A stretch of DNA of 64,000 nucleotides, taken from the NCBI GenBank assembly GCA_964367355.1, contig CAYIWY010000004.1, forward strand, positions 35,976-99,975, given 5' to 3'. The position numbers were made by a program, and so were the translations under genes. Under the pieces are notes generated by a model, which made no database searches, was not told the DNA's origin, and was given only the letters and a program-made list of their open reading frames with translations. Source of the DNA: an uncultured Gammaproteobacteria bacterium. GTDB taxonomy: Bacteria > Patescibacteriota > Microgenomatia > Woykebacterales > RBG-16-39-9b. Positions 13,096-23,893 of the stretch are shown piece after piece (positions within the stretch are counted from its first letter, which is position 1; every line of letters begins with the position of its first letter).

Positions 13096-13767
13096 TTAAT
13101 TGAGGACAATTGTGAACTCGCCTTTGTGGGATTTACCGGTTAACTGTTTTCTAACCTCATTAATCGAACCTGTTAAAACTGTTTCATGGATTTTGGTTAA
13201 TTCGCGTTGAACTGAAACTTGAGATTCCGGAAAGACTTTTGATAATTCTTCAAGTAGTTTATCAACCCGATGGGGGGATTCATAGAAAATAATACTGGTT
13301 GGCAGTTTATTTTTAATTTCAACTAAAGTTTCTAATAACTTTTCTCGTTTGCCGGAAGTTTTTGGCTGGTAGCCAACAAAAAGAAATTTGTCTGTCGGCA
13401 GGCCTGAAATCGACATCGCCGCAATCGCGGAGGCGGGTCCGGGAATTGTTTTTACATCAATACCTTCTTCACGAGCTGCTCGAACTAACTTAAAACCAGG
13501 ATCAGAGATTAGCGGTGTTCCGGCGTCAGAAATTAAAGCAATGTTTTCACCATTTTTTAACCTTTGAATTATTTCTGGGATACGGGTTAGCTCGTTGTAT
13601 TCGTGAAATGACAACAAGGGTTTTTTTATCTTATAATTATGGAGAAGTTGGCCAGAATGTCTGGTATCTTCACACAAGATTAAGTCGACTTCTTTTAGAG
13701 TTTCAAGTGCTCGAAGAGTAATGTCTTTAATATTTCCAATTGGTGTAGCAACAATGTACAAAGCCAT
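13096..13767 (-). CDS. rsmI: 16S rRNA (cytidine1402-2'-O)-methyltransferase
   Basis: LYIVATPIGN, CEDTR, SDAGTPLISDPG, YESPHR. Confidence 0.97.
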   Translation of the reverse strand: MALYIVATPIGNIKDITLRALETLKEVDLILCEDTRHSGQLLHNYKIKKPLLSFHEYNELTRIPEIIQRLKNGENIALISDAGTPLISDPGFKLVRAAREEGIDVKTIPGPASAIAAMSISGLPTDKFLFVGYQPKTSGKREKLLETLVEIKNKLPTSIIFYESPHRVDKLLEELSKVFPESQVSVQRELTKIHETVLTGSINEVRKQLTGKSHKGEFTIVLN

Positions 13768-13773
13768 AAGATT

Positions 13774-13812
13774 GAATCAAGAATCAAGAATCAAGAATCA
13801 AGAATCAAGAAT
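13774..13812. repeat. Tandem repeat (GAATCAA)x5.6
   Basis: Five perfect 7-bp units plus GAAT. Confidence 0.95.
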
Positions 13813-13834
13813 ATAATTGTGCTATTATACTCGT

Positions 13835-14206
13835 ATGGACTCCCAAAAGAAAATTTTAATGGTTGAAGATGACGAATTTATCCGTGAGCTTTATCAAAGA
13901 CAGTTGGAACAGGCTGGATTCAATATCCAGTCGACTGCTTCAGGCCAAGAGGGTTTAGACTTACTTGATAAAAATGACTATGATTTGTTAATGTTGGATT
14001 TGAATATCCCGGATGTTTCTGGGTTTCAAATTTTAGAGCATCTCCAAAAAAACCCAAAAGAGAGTATGCAAATATTGATTTTGAGTAATGTTGCTCAAGA
14101 TGAATATATTCAGAAGGGTATAGATATGGGTGCCCAAGCTTTTGTAATTAAAAGTACTTACACCCCGAGTCAAGTTGTGTCTCAGGTTAAAGATCTCTTA
14201 GGCTAA
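13835..14206 (+). CDS. Single-domain response regulator
   Basis: ILMVEDD...DLLMLDLNIP...K. Confidence 0.9.
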   Translation: MDSQKKILMVEDDEFIRELYQRQLEQAGFNIQSTASGQEGLDLLDKNDYDLLMLDLNIPDVSGFQILEHLQKNPKESMQILILSNVAQDEYIQKGIDMGAQAFVIKSTYTPSQVVSQVKDLLG

Positions 14207-14209
14207 AAA

Positions 14210-15580
14210 CTACAGGAATAAAGAAACGATAGTTGCTACTCCAACTAAACCCATTGCAATCGTTACAATCCAACCAAAGGTTGTTATCAGTGGGTGATTT
14301 TTTCTTTGTCCCATAATTTTTTCATTACTACTAATTAACACAATTAAAATCAGAATAATTGGCGCAACTAATCCGTTGGCCACTGCTGAAAAAATCAATG
14401 CTTTTATCGGATCGATATTCAGAAAATTTATCAACAAACCGACTCCCATGGCAATTATAATTACACCATAGAAAGCCGTGGCGTCAGAGAGTTTTCGATA
14501 GAGACCCTGACGTAGTTTTAAGCTTTCAGAGAAGGCGTATGAAGCTGAACCGGCTAAGATTGGTACTGCGAGCAAACCAACACCGATGACACCGACTGCA
14601 AAGAGTAGGTAAGCTTGATCGCCGGCGATAGGTTTAAGAGCCGAAGCGGCATCCGCAGCAGTACCTATGTTAGTGACTCCTTTCGAAAAAAGTGTTGCTG
14701 CGGTAGTTAAAATTATAAAAAACATAACCATATTTGATAAAAACATTCCCGACCAGACGTCGATCCGCATCCGTTTAATTTGTTGATCAGAGGTTTCTTG
14801 GCGCATTTCCAGGTTAGTTTTACCAGCTAATATTTCCTCTTCAACTTCTTGAGACGTTTGCCAAAAGAAAAGATAAGGTGAAATAGTTGTACCCAAAATA
14901 CCGCAAATCAAAAAGATCTGTTCCTTGGAAAAAGTTAAAGAAGGAATTACCGCTTGTCGTAAAATCACTCCCCAGTCTAGACCTTTAATTAGAAATGCTG
15001 CAATTACGTAAGACAACAAAACAAAAGCCAGCCATTTAAGATACCGAGCGTATTTTTCGTAGGTAGAAAAAATTTGCAAAACTAAGCAAAGAATCGTAAA
15101 TCCTAGAACAAGCAACCCAAAGTTAAAGTTTGGAACCAAAAGTTGAGTTACTTTGGCCATGGCCCCTAAATCTGCACCAATGTTTAAGGTATTAGCGAAA
15201 AAAAGTAGTCCTGTGCAACCATAAAGAACCCATTTAGGAAAATTAAGACGGATATTGGCCGCCAGTCCGCGACCTGTAACAATACCAATACGAGCACACA
15301 TTTCCTGAACTAAAGCCATTAAGGGAAAGGTGAGAGGGGCTAACCAAAGTAGTTGAAAACCGTACTTCGCACCAGCTTGAGAATACGTTGCGATTCCTGA
15401 TGGGTCATCGTCTGCTGCACCAGTGGTTAAACCAGGACCGAGCATTTTCCAGTAGGCCTTGGCTTTTTTTACTGGTTCTTGGTTAGCAATTTTTTCGCCG
15501 AGTTGTCCCGCAGCATCAATAGCTTTCTCAACTGCCACAGCGGGCGCTTCGGCTACTTTTTCGGCAATTTCTTCAGGCAT
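14210..15580 (-). CDS. NRAMP-family divalent metal transporter
   Basis: GPGLTTGAADDDPSG; GTTISPYL; multiple TMs. Confidence 0.9.
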   Translation of the reverse strand: MPEEIAEKVAEAPAVAVEKAIDAAGQLGEKIANQEPVKKAKAYWKMLGPGLTTGAADDDPSGIATYSQAGAKYGFQLLWLAPLTFPLMALVQEMCARIGIVTGRGLAANIRLNFPKWVLYGCTGLLFFANTLNIGADLGAMAKVTQLLVPNFNFGLLVLGFTILCLVLQIFSTYEKYARYLKWLAFVLLSYVIAAFLIKGLDWGVILRQAVIPSLTFSKEQIFLICGILGTTISPYLFFWQTSQEVEEEILAGKTNLEMRQETSDQQIKRMRIDVWSGMFLSNMVMFFIILTTAATLFSKGVTNIGTAADAASALKPIAGDQAYLLFAVGVIGVGLLAVPILAGSASYAFSESLKLRQGLYRKLSDATAFYGVIIIAMGVGLLINFLNIDPIKALIFSAVANGLVAPIILILIVLISSNEKIMGQRKNHPLITTFGWIVTIAMGLVGVATIVSLFL

Positions 15581-15660
15581 TTTTAGTTTTCCTAAACGTA
15601 AGCAATAATATTATTGCTTAATTTAAGATTAGCCTAAATAAGGGATCAGAAGCAAGTTTT

Positions 15661-16281
15661 TTAGTGGTATTTGCGAATAACTCCGGTGACTTTGCCCTGA
15701 ATTTTGATATCCCCACGAACAATTATCGGGTTCATTGAGGAATTAGCAGGCTCAAGTCTGATATGATCGGCTTCCTTGTAGTAGCGTTTTAGTGTTGTGA
15801 AATTATCGTTTAAAAGTGCCACGACAATCTCTCCGTTGTTAGCCGTTTCACTTTGTTCGATTAAGACATAATCCCCATCGAGTATGGCAGCTTCAATCAT
15901 TGATTCTCCCTTGACTTGTAAAACGTAACTTCTACGATTACCAATCATGTCCTCTGGTACCGTGATAGTTGCAGTTGGGTCGGCGATAGCTTCAATCGGT
16001 TGACCGGCCGCGATTTTCCCCATTATCGGTACCTCAACTCCTGACGGAATCCAACCCATAATTTTTTGATCGACTATTTCCAGTCCTCGCCTAGCGCCCT
16101 CTGTTTTTTTCAGTACTCCCTTATCGATTAAATTCTGAATATGTTCATGGGCTGTTGCAGGGGAACGTAGACCCAGGCCATCACAAATTTCAGCTAGTGT
16201 CGGGGCATAACCCCTTTTTTGCATGTATTGGGAAATAAATTCTAGCAAGTCTCTTTGTCGGCGGTAAACAATCGGTGGCAT
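15661..16281 (-). CDS. lexA: SOS repressor LexA
   Basis: N-terminal wHTH; AAG cleavage site; GESM and TLKR catalytic motifs. Confidence 0.96.
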   Translation of the reverse strand: MPPIVYRRQRDLLEFISQYMQKRGYAPTLAEICDGLGLRSPATAHEHIQNLIDKGVLKKTEGARRGLEIVDQKIMGWIPSGVEVPIMGKIAAGQPIEAIADPTATITVPEDMIGNRRSYVLQVKGESMIEAAILDGDYVLIEQSETANNGEIVVALLNDNFTTLKRYYKEADHIRLEPANSSMNPIIVRGDIKIQGKVTGVIRKYH

Positions 16282-16439
16282 AGTTTCTCCTTTTTCGCAA
16301 CCAGGGGAATTTATTTGGTTAATTTCTGGTTAAATTATTGCTTATTTTTCGGCTCTTGGCAACTGGGACATTGTAGAACCTATTACAAAGTTTCTATATC
16401 AACTTACAGATCCTTGCGCACTCGTGTTAAAATAATATT

Positions 16440-17030
16440 TACCTAAGGAGATGGGCACACCTGGAAACTTTGCGCTGTTGAGTCCAGTTAGGTTATTGGG
16501 GGGGGTGATGCTTTCAGACAGTCGGGAACAGCGGGCTGTTACGAAACCGTAATCTACACGGTTCTGAATAGATGTAGTGGTCCCCCTTTTTTGAGATCAA
16601 ACCTGTTTTGGCTATTCGCTGTATCGGCCGGGGGCGAGTGCCTTATGAAGAGCAGGTGGGTCTGGAGAGAGACCGGGTGAGTTTGGGTGCGCGAAGGTGG
16701 CCTTGATGGAAAAATCACTCAGCCCACCCGGTCTTAGATCCTTTGGCTCAACCTGAAACCTTTACTACCCTCTAGGTTTCAGTGAAAGCAATGGCAGGAG
16801 AGGAAACGCTTTGGCGAAAAGGAAATGATGCGTGCATCGACCTTTTTCCGGGGAAGATAATGACGGTACCTGGATCTCTCCTGCCTTCTTTTGCGCGCTT
16901 CCTGAATTGTCGAGACACTTGATGACCCAAGTTGGCTCCGATTTGGGTTGTTGCTTGCCGCAGTTAATGATTTTGAAAGGCTTTGGTCTCCTTTCACTTT
17001 CAAACTCTTAACTGCGGCATCCTTTTTTAA
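16440..17030 (+). ncRNA. Candidate large structured ncRNA (~590 nt), family not recognised
   Basis: Extended -10 TGTTAAAAT upstream; many 9-12 bp stems; possible pseudoknot; final 12-bp stem plus T-tract; no credible ORF. Confidence 0.65.
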
Positions 17031-17069
17031 CTTCCTTTATTCAAATTTTTGGTTTAGAATTGCTTTCCT

Positions 17070-19082
17070 ATGGATAGATTTAAATTGAACCTACCCTTTC
17101 AACCAACGGGTGATCAACCAAACGCAATTGAAAAATTGGTAGCTGGTTTGAAAAAAGGCTATAAGCACCAGACCCTACTCGGCGCGACTGGAACAGGCAA
17201 AACTTTTACGGTTGCCAATATCGTCAATCAAATTAACAAACCGACCTTAGTGTTGGCACACAACAAGACTTTAGCGGCTCAGCTTGCTAGCGAATACCGT
17301 GAATTTTTCCCGGAAAATTCTGTCGAGTATTTTGTTTCTTATTATGATTACTATCAGCCAGAAGCTTACGTTCCCAAGATTGATTTATATATAGAAAAAG
17401 ACTCAAGCATAAATGAAGAGATCGATCGCTTGCGGTTAGCAGCGACTAAAGCACTGATGACACGAAGTGATGTTTTGATTGTTGCTAGCGTTTCTTGTAT
17501 CTACAACCTCGGTTCCCCGGTAAACTACAAAAATAGTCTCGTTAATCTTAAAGTTAGCGATAAAGTAGTTCTCAAAGATATTTTCCGCTCCCTGAATGAA
17601 ATTCAATACGAGCGCAATGATTTTGAATTGAAGCGAGCGACTTTCAGAGTTAAAGGCGATGTTGTGGAAATCTATCCAGCCTACGAAGAGTTTTCTTTAA
17701 GAGTAAATTTACTCGGAGACACGATTGAAAAAATTGAAAAAATTAATCCAACTTCAGGTGAGAAGGACAGCGAACTCTCAGAAATTAGTATTTTTCCAGC
17801 CCGGCACTATGTTATGCCGGAACGAGATTTGAAAAGTCCGCTTTCTGAAATTAAGAATGATCTACGAACTCGCCTCAAAGAGTTAAGAGATCAAAATTTA
17901 TTAGTTGAAGCCCAAAGGTTGGAAAGCCGTACTCTTTATGATCTGGAAATGATTGAGCAGCTTGGTTATTGCACAGGGGTGGAGAATTATTCGCGTTATT
18001 TTGATGGTCGCAAAAGAGGAGACCCACCATTTACCTTGCTTGATTATTTTCCCAAAGATTTTCTTTTGATTGTTGATGAGTCGCATATGACACTGCCGCA
18101 AATTCGCGGTATGTGGCATGGTGAAAAAGCCAGAAAAACAATGCTAGTTGATCATGGTTTTCGCTTGCCGTCGGCTTTTGACAACCGACCGCTAAATTTT
18201 GAAGAATTTTCCCGCCACATTAACCAAGTTGTCTATACTAGCGCCACTCCAACTGATTATGAAATTTCGATGTCAGAACAGGTGGTTGAGCAGATTATCC
18301 GCCCGACCGGGATAGTCGATCCGGAAATTGAAATACGAAAAACTGAAGGCCAGATCCCAGATTTGATCGAAGAAATAAAGATTCGAGTTAAGAAATCAGA
18401 AAGAATTCTTGTCACAACTTTGACCAAAAGAATGGCGGAAGAATTGACGGAATATCTAAAAGAAAAAGATATCAAGGTAATGTATATTCATTTTGAAGTT
18501 GAAACCATGGAGCGAGTTAAAATTCTAGCTGACTTACGGCGGGGAATTTACGATGTTTTGATTGGTGTTAACCTGTTGCGTGAAGGCCTCGATTTGCCAG
18601 AAGTTTCACTAGTGGCGATCATGGACGCCGACAAAGAGGGTTTTTTACGCAGCCGTACTTCTTTAATTCAAACTACCGGGCGAGCGGCCCGTCGGGTTAA
18701 TAGCCGAGTTATTATGTACGCTGATAAAATTACCGGATCGATGCAAGCCGCGATCGACGAAACTGACCGACGACGGGAAATACAAGTTGCTTATAACAAG
18801 AAACACAATATTACCGCCAAAACAATTGAAAAAACAATTCATGATATCTCTGAACGGCTAGCTGAAATACAACCAGAAGCAACAACGGTCGAAGAACTTG
18901 ATTTTACAAAAATTCCACAGTCCGAAGTTAAAAAGTTAAACAAGGAATTAGAAACAGAAATGAAAATTGCCGCGGAAAACCTAGACTTTGAACGGGCAGC
19001 TCTGCTGCGGGATCAGATTATTGAACTGCGGAATAGTGACTTGAAAATTCCCGAGACGATTACTCCGGATAAAGTTAAATAA
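17070..19082 (+). CDS. uvrB: Excinuclease ABC subunit B
   Basis: GATGTGKT, YYDYYQPEAY, DESH. Confidence 0.98.
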   Translation: MDRFKLNLPFQPTGDQPNAIEKLVAGLKKGYKHQTLLGATGTGKTFTVANIVNQINKPTLVLAHNKTLAAQLASEYREFFPENSVEYFVSYYDYYQPEAYVPKIDLYIEKDSSINEEIDRLRLAATKALMTRSDVLIVASVSCIYNLGSPVNYKNSLVNLKVSDKVVLKDIFRSLNEIQYERNDFELKRATFRVKGDVVEIYPAYEEFSLRVNLLGDTIEKIEKINPTSGEKDSELSEISIFPARHYVMPERDLKSPLSEIKNDLRTRLKELRDQNLLVEAQRLESRTLYDLEMIEQLGYCTGVENYSRYFDGRKRGDPPFTLLDYFPKDFLLIVDESHMTLPQIRGMWHGEKARKTMLVDHGFRLPSAFDNRPLNFEEFSRHINQVVYTSATPTDYEISMSEQVVEQIIRPTGIVDPEIEIRKTEGQIPDLIEEIKIRVKKSERILVTTLTKRMAEELTEYLKEKDIKVMYIHFEVETMERVKILADLRRGIYDVLIGVNLLREGLDLPEVSLVAIMDADKEGFLRSRTSLIQTTGRAARRVNSRVIMYADKITGSMQAAIDETDRRREIQVAYNKKHNITAKTIEKTIHDISERLAEIQPEATTVEELDFTKIPQSEVKKLNKELETEMKIAAENLDFERAALLRDQIIELRNSDLKIPETITPDKVK

Positions 19083-19093
19083 ATTTCCTTCTC

Positions 19094-19257
19094 GTTACTT
19101 TTTAGAAAAGTAACCAAAACTTTCACCTTGCAGCGTAAGCTAAAGAAATTCAAGTCGCTCGTATACGTCGACAACTCGCCTTAAGAAAGTCTCAAACACG
19201 TCCGACTTAATATCTCACTTTGTTGAATTTCTTTCATACGCTTACTTGCAACGGTGA
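19094..19257. repeat. Long imperfect palindromic element
   Basis: Nested arms TCACC/GGTGA, TTGCA/TGCAA, GTAAGC/GCTTAC, AAAGAAATTCAA/TTGAATTTCTTT, preceded by a GTTACTTTT/AAAAGTAAC hairpin. Confidence 0.65.
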
Positions 19258-19269
19258 GTTAAGACTGAT

Positions 19270-20070
<801 letters not shown>

Positions 20071-20200
20071 CCAAATTTAACTCTCTCCAAAGCAATTGAG
20101 TGTAGCAAGTGAAAATTTTTCCGTCAACAAGGGAGCGGCTCGACTCTTGTTTAATCTTGATTTTTTCGATATAATCTTTCGGTAATTTTGTGGAATATTT

Positions 20201-23032
20201 ATGAAAGATAAAATAATAATTCGCGGTGCCTCCGAACATAATCTAAAAAATATTAATCTCGAAATACCCAAAAATTCCCTAGTTGTATTCACTGGCATAT
20301 CCGGGAGTGGAAAAAGCTCCCTTGCTTTTGACACAATCTATGCGGAAGGGCAAAGACGTTATGTCGAGTCGCTTTCAGCTTACGCTCGGCAATTTCTGGG
20401 GTTGATGGAAAAGCCAGATGTTGACCAAATTGAAGGCCTTTCGCCAGCAATTTCAATTGATCAAAAAACAGCTTCAAAAAATCCCCGTTCTACGGTCGGA
20501 ACTATTACTGAAGTTTATGATTACATGCGGCTTTTGTGGGCAAGAGTCGGTGTGCCGCATTGTTCGATCGACGGTAAAGCAATTAAGGCCCAAACGGTTC
20601 AGGAAATTGTCGACCAAATTCAAAACGAAATAAAGGAAAGCAAAAAAGAAAAACTATCGTTTATTCTTGCTCCGATAATTAAAAGTCGAAAAGGAATCTA
20701 TGAGGAAGTCTTCCGCGATTTGAAGAAAAAAGGCTTTGCTAGAGTACGAGTTGATAAAAAGATTTATGAATTGGACGAGACGCCAAGTTTAGATCGTTAT
20801 AAAATTCATGACATCGAAGTTGTCATTGACCGTCTTGCAGACCTGGTCGATGACCAAAGGGTAACGGAATCAGTCGAAACCGCTTTGCGCTTTGGTGAAG
20901 GTTTGGTTACTCTAGCGACCGAGGAGGGGGTTGATAAAACTTTTTCTGAAAAATTTGCTTGCCCGGAACACGGGCTTTCGTTGCCAGAGTTGGAACCAAG
21001 AACATTTTCCTTCAATAGCCCGCAGGGAGCTTGTCAGACCTGTGGGGGCTTGGGCGTAAAGCTAACAGTTGATCAAGATTTGGTAATACCAAATAAAAAC
21101 CTTTCAATTACAGAAGGGGCGATCCATCCTTGGAGTCGAATGATCTCGCATGATTCTTGGTCATCACGCAGACTGGACGCACTCGCTGTGCATCTGAACT
21201 TTTCACTTTCATCACCAATAAAAGATTTATCCAAAGAAGTGTTAGATATAATTCTTAACGGAAGTACAGAGGAAACGTTTCGGGTTTCAGGTCGCAATCG
21301 GTTTGGTCGGTCAATAACCTTTGATACTAGTTTTGAGGGTGTTGTCTCGGAATTGCTCAGACGCCATCGTGAAAGTGACAGTGATTGGGTCCGGAGGGAA
21401 ATCGAAAAATATATGCGCGAGGAAGTTTGCGATAATTGCAACGGCAATCGTCTCCGCAGTGATGTTCTCTACATCACGGTAGCTAACAAGTCTATTGTTG
21501 AGGTTGCAAACTATCCAGTAAGCACGGCTGCAAATTGGTTTTCGAAACTTTCGCTAAATTCAAGGGACCAACTAATCGCCAAGCAAATTCTCAAAGAAAT
21601 AAACAGCCGGCTGCGGTTTTTAATGGACGTTGGTTTGAATTATTTGACGATCAATCGTGCCAGTGCAACTCTTTCTGGTGGAGAAGCCCAAAGAATTCGT
21701 TTGGCCAGCCAAATTGGTTCTGGGTTGTCGGGGGTACTTTATGTTCTCGATGAACCAACAATCGGACTTCATCCAAAAGACAATGACAAGTTGATAAAGA
21801 CGCTTTTGGATTTGCGTGACCTAGGAAATACGGTGATTGTTGTCGAGCATGATCGGGAAGTTATGCTAGCCGCTGATTATCTGGTTGACATTGGTCCTGG
21901 CGCAGGGGAACACGGCGGCAGAATAATTGCTCGTGGGACTCCCTCGGAAGTAATTGCCGATCCTAACTCTCTGACCGGGCAATATTTAGCTAACAAAAGA
22001 AAAATCGGGGAAATTAAAACAAAAAGAGTCGTGAATGAAAATGTTTTGAAAATAGTTGGCGCAAGTCAGCATAACTTGAAAAACATTGATGTCGAAATTC
22101 CCCTAAGTAAGTTTGTTGCTGTCACTGGAGTTTCGGGAAGTGGTAAATCGACTCTGGTTGAAGATATTTTGAAAAAAGCACTTTCTGCTAAATTTTATCG
22201 TTCCAAAGAAAAACCAGGTGTTCATAAAGAAATTATTGGAACCGAACATATCGACAAGGTAATTGATATCGATCAGTCCCCAATTGGTCGGACTCCGCGA
22301 AGTAATCCGGCCACGTATACCGGAGCCTTTACCAATATTCGGGAGCTTTTTTCCTCCACTCCTGATGCTAAGGCGAGAGGTTACAACGCTGGACGATTTT
22401 CTTTTAACGTCAAAGGTGGGCGTTGTGAGACCTGTGAGGGTGATGGAGTAATAAAAATCGAGATGCAGTTTTTACCGGATGTCTACGTAACTTGTGAAAC
22501 CTGTTTGGGTAAACGTTACAACCGAGAAGCTTTGGAAATATTCTACAAAGGGAAAAATATTGCCGATATATTAGATATGACAATTGCCGAAGCAACAGAG
22601 TTCTTTGATAAAATTCCGTCAATCAACGCTAAATTTAAGACATTACTTGAAGTAGGTTTGGGTTATATGCGTCTTGGGCAAGCAGCGACAACCCTTTCGG
22701 GTGGGGAAGCGCAAGGAATTAAACTTGCTGCCGAGTTGTCAAAAAGAAGTTCTGGGAAAACGCTTTATATTCTAGATGAGCCGACCACTGGTTTACATTT
22801 TGCCGATATTGATAATTTGCTCTCGGTGCTGCATCGATTAGTGGAGATTGGTAATACAGTTTTAATAATTGAGCACAATTTGGATGTAATAAAGAGCGCT
22901 GATTACATTATCGATCTTGGTCCCGAAGGTGGGGAAAAAGGTGGTTACTTGGTCGCCGCCGGAACGATCAAAGAAATTATCGCCAATAAAAAAAGTACTA
23001 CCGGAGAATATCTTGCTAAGATGAAACTTTAG
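20201..23032 (+). CDS. uvrA: Excinuclease ABC subunit A
   Basis: Two ABC Walker A motifs (GISGSGKS, GVSGSGKS), zinc fingers, LSGGE. Confidence 0.98.
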   Translation: MKDKIIIRGASEHNLKNINLEIPKNSLVVFTGISGSGKSSLAFDTIYAEGQRRYVESLSAYARQFLGLMEKPDVDQIEGLSPAISIDQKTASKNPRSTVGTITEVYDYMRLLWARVGVPHCSIDGKAIKAQTVQEIVDQIQNEIKESKKEKLSFILAPIIKSRKGIYEEVFRDLKKKGFARVRVDKKIYELDETPSLDRYKIHDIEVVIDRLADLVDDQRVTESVETALRFGEGLVTLATEEGVDKTFSEKFACPEHGLSLPELEPRTFSFNSPQGACQTCGGLGVKLTVDQDLVIPNKNLSITEGAIHPWSRMISHDSWSSRRLDALAVHLNFSLSSPIKDLSKEVLDIILNGSTEETFRVSGRNRFGRSITFDTSFEGVVSELLRRHRESDSDWVRREIEKYMREEVCDNCNGNRLRSDVLYITVANKSIVEVANYPVSTAANWFSKLSLNSRDQLIAKQILKEINSRLRFLMDVGLNYLTINRASATLSGGEAQRIRLASQIGSGLSGVLYVLDEPTIGLHPKDNDKLIKTLLDLRDLGNTVIVVEHDREVMLAADYLVDIGPGAGEHGGRIIARGTPSEVIADPNSLTGQYLANKRKIGEIKTKRVVNENVLKIVGASQHNLKNIDVEIPLSKFVAVTGVSGSGKSTLVEDILKKALSAKFYRSKEKPGVHKEIIGTEHIDKVIDIDQSPIGRTPRSNPATYTGAFTNIRELFSSTPDAKARGYNAGRFSFNVKGGRCETCEGDGVIKIEMQFLPDVYVTCETCLGKRYNREALEIFYKGKNIADILDMTIAEATEFFDKIPSINAKFKTLLEVGLGYMRLGQAATTLSGGEAQGIKLAAELSKRSSGKTLYILDEPTTGLHFADIDNLLSVLHRLVEIGNTVLIIEHNLDVIKSADYIIDLGPEGGEKGGYLVAAGTIKEIIANKKSTTGEYLAKMKL

Positions 23033-23080
23033 AAAAAGAAAAGCACAACCAGAGTGGCCGTGCTTTGTTGATCCCGCTCG
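23033..23080 (-). terminator. Repeated terminator family, copy 1
   Basis: AAGCAC(A/G)(A/G)CCA..TGG(C/T)C(A/G)TGCTTTGTTGATC(T/C)C(A/G)CTC; four copies in 23-30 kb. Confidence 0.8.
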
Positions 23081-23089
23081 TTATTCGTT

Positions 23090-23239
23090 TCAGCAAGGAC
23101 CAATACAATGACTTCCGGCTCCTTTTAACCGCTTAGCATTTTGCACTCGACGAGCTCTTGCCCTCTCCTTCAACTCTTTGTCAGCTCTCTTCAACCTGAC
23201 CTCAAGAGGTTCCTTGTCCGCTTCAGGTTTCTTCTGCAC
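23090..23239 (-). CDS. Small basic hypothetical protein (49 aa)
   Basis: GGAGGA SD before GTG; MQKKPEADKEPLEVRLKRADKELKERAR... Confidence 0.5.
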   Translation of the reverse strand: MQKKPEADKEPLEVRLKRADKELKERARARRVQNAKRLKGAGSHCIGPC

Positions 23240-23446
23240 TTTTCCTCCAGTACTTTGGCTTCTTCAGATCACAAAAACCGTCTGCTTACTGTTCCGGCGA
23301 GGGGCTCGAGATACTTTCCTTCTGGCTGCTCGCTGTTCTTCAACTAATCTTCGCTCAGATTCCCGAATGATTCGATCAATCTTGTCTGGGTTTGCATGCG
23401 AGTTACGATACTTGATCTGTAATCGTTCAGTCGCATTACCTGCCCC

Positions 23447-23629
23447 CTATGGAAACTTTAAGAAGAATCTATGTGCTGCCCTAACAGTGCGCTCTTGAAC
23501 TCGTCTCCAGTAAGTGTGTCGAGCAGATACGCGTTCTGCTGTGTTCTTACCTTGAGCCAGCTCCGAAGGTCTTTTGTCACCAACTTTAGATTGCCAACAA
23601 TTGACCCAAACAGGTTCTGTAAAAGACAT
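23447..23629 (-). CDS. Small hypothetical protein (60 aa)
   Basis: GAGGAG SD; lies downstream of a repeated promoter. Confidence 0.45.
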   Translation of the reverse strand: MSFTEPVWVNCWQSKVGDKRPSELAQGKNTAERVSARHTYWRRVQERTVRAAHRFFLKFP

Positions 23630-23676
23630 TTTCTCTCCTCGCCTTCTTTTACTTCTTCTCTTGTGTTGATTACCTG

Positions 23677-23762
23677 CATTTTACTTTCTGGAGTAGCCAA
23701 AATGCAAACAGCGAATTCTTAAGCTATGCCACTTTTTGGAGTAACCAAAATGCAAACAGCTA
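23677..23762 (-). promoter_or_regulatory. Repeated sigma70-like promoter, two tandem copies
   Basis: GCTGT-TTGCAT-TTTGG(C/T)TACTC...TAAAAT (the upstream copy lacks the TAAAAT); related copies at 29931 and 24539. Confidence 0.7.
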
Positions 23763-23837
23763 ATTTTCAAGATACTTGAGTAACGCTGTGCTACTTTTTG
23801 AAGAAAAATTAAGCAACTGAAAAATTTAAAAAAAAGA

Positions 23838-23880
23838 AAAGCACAACCAAGATTGGTCATGCTTTGTTGATCTCACTCGC
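23838..23880 (-). terminator. Repeated terminator family, copy 2
   Basis: Hairpin plus U-tract on the minus strand. Confidence 0.8.
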
Positions 23881-23893
23881 TATTTGGTTGTTG

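Noticed and set aside
16374-16396. LexA box upstream of lexA (TAGAAC-N10-GTTTCTA)
   Set aside because: Spacing does not fit GAAC-N4-GTTC and I could not find matching sites before uvrA, uvrB or uvrC.
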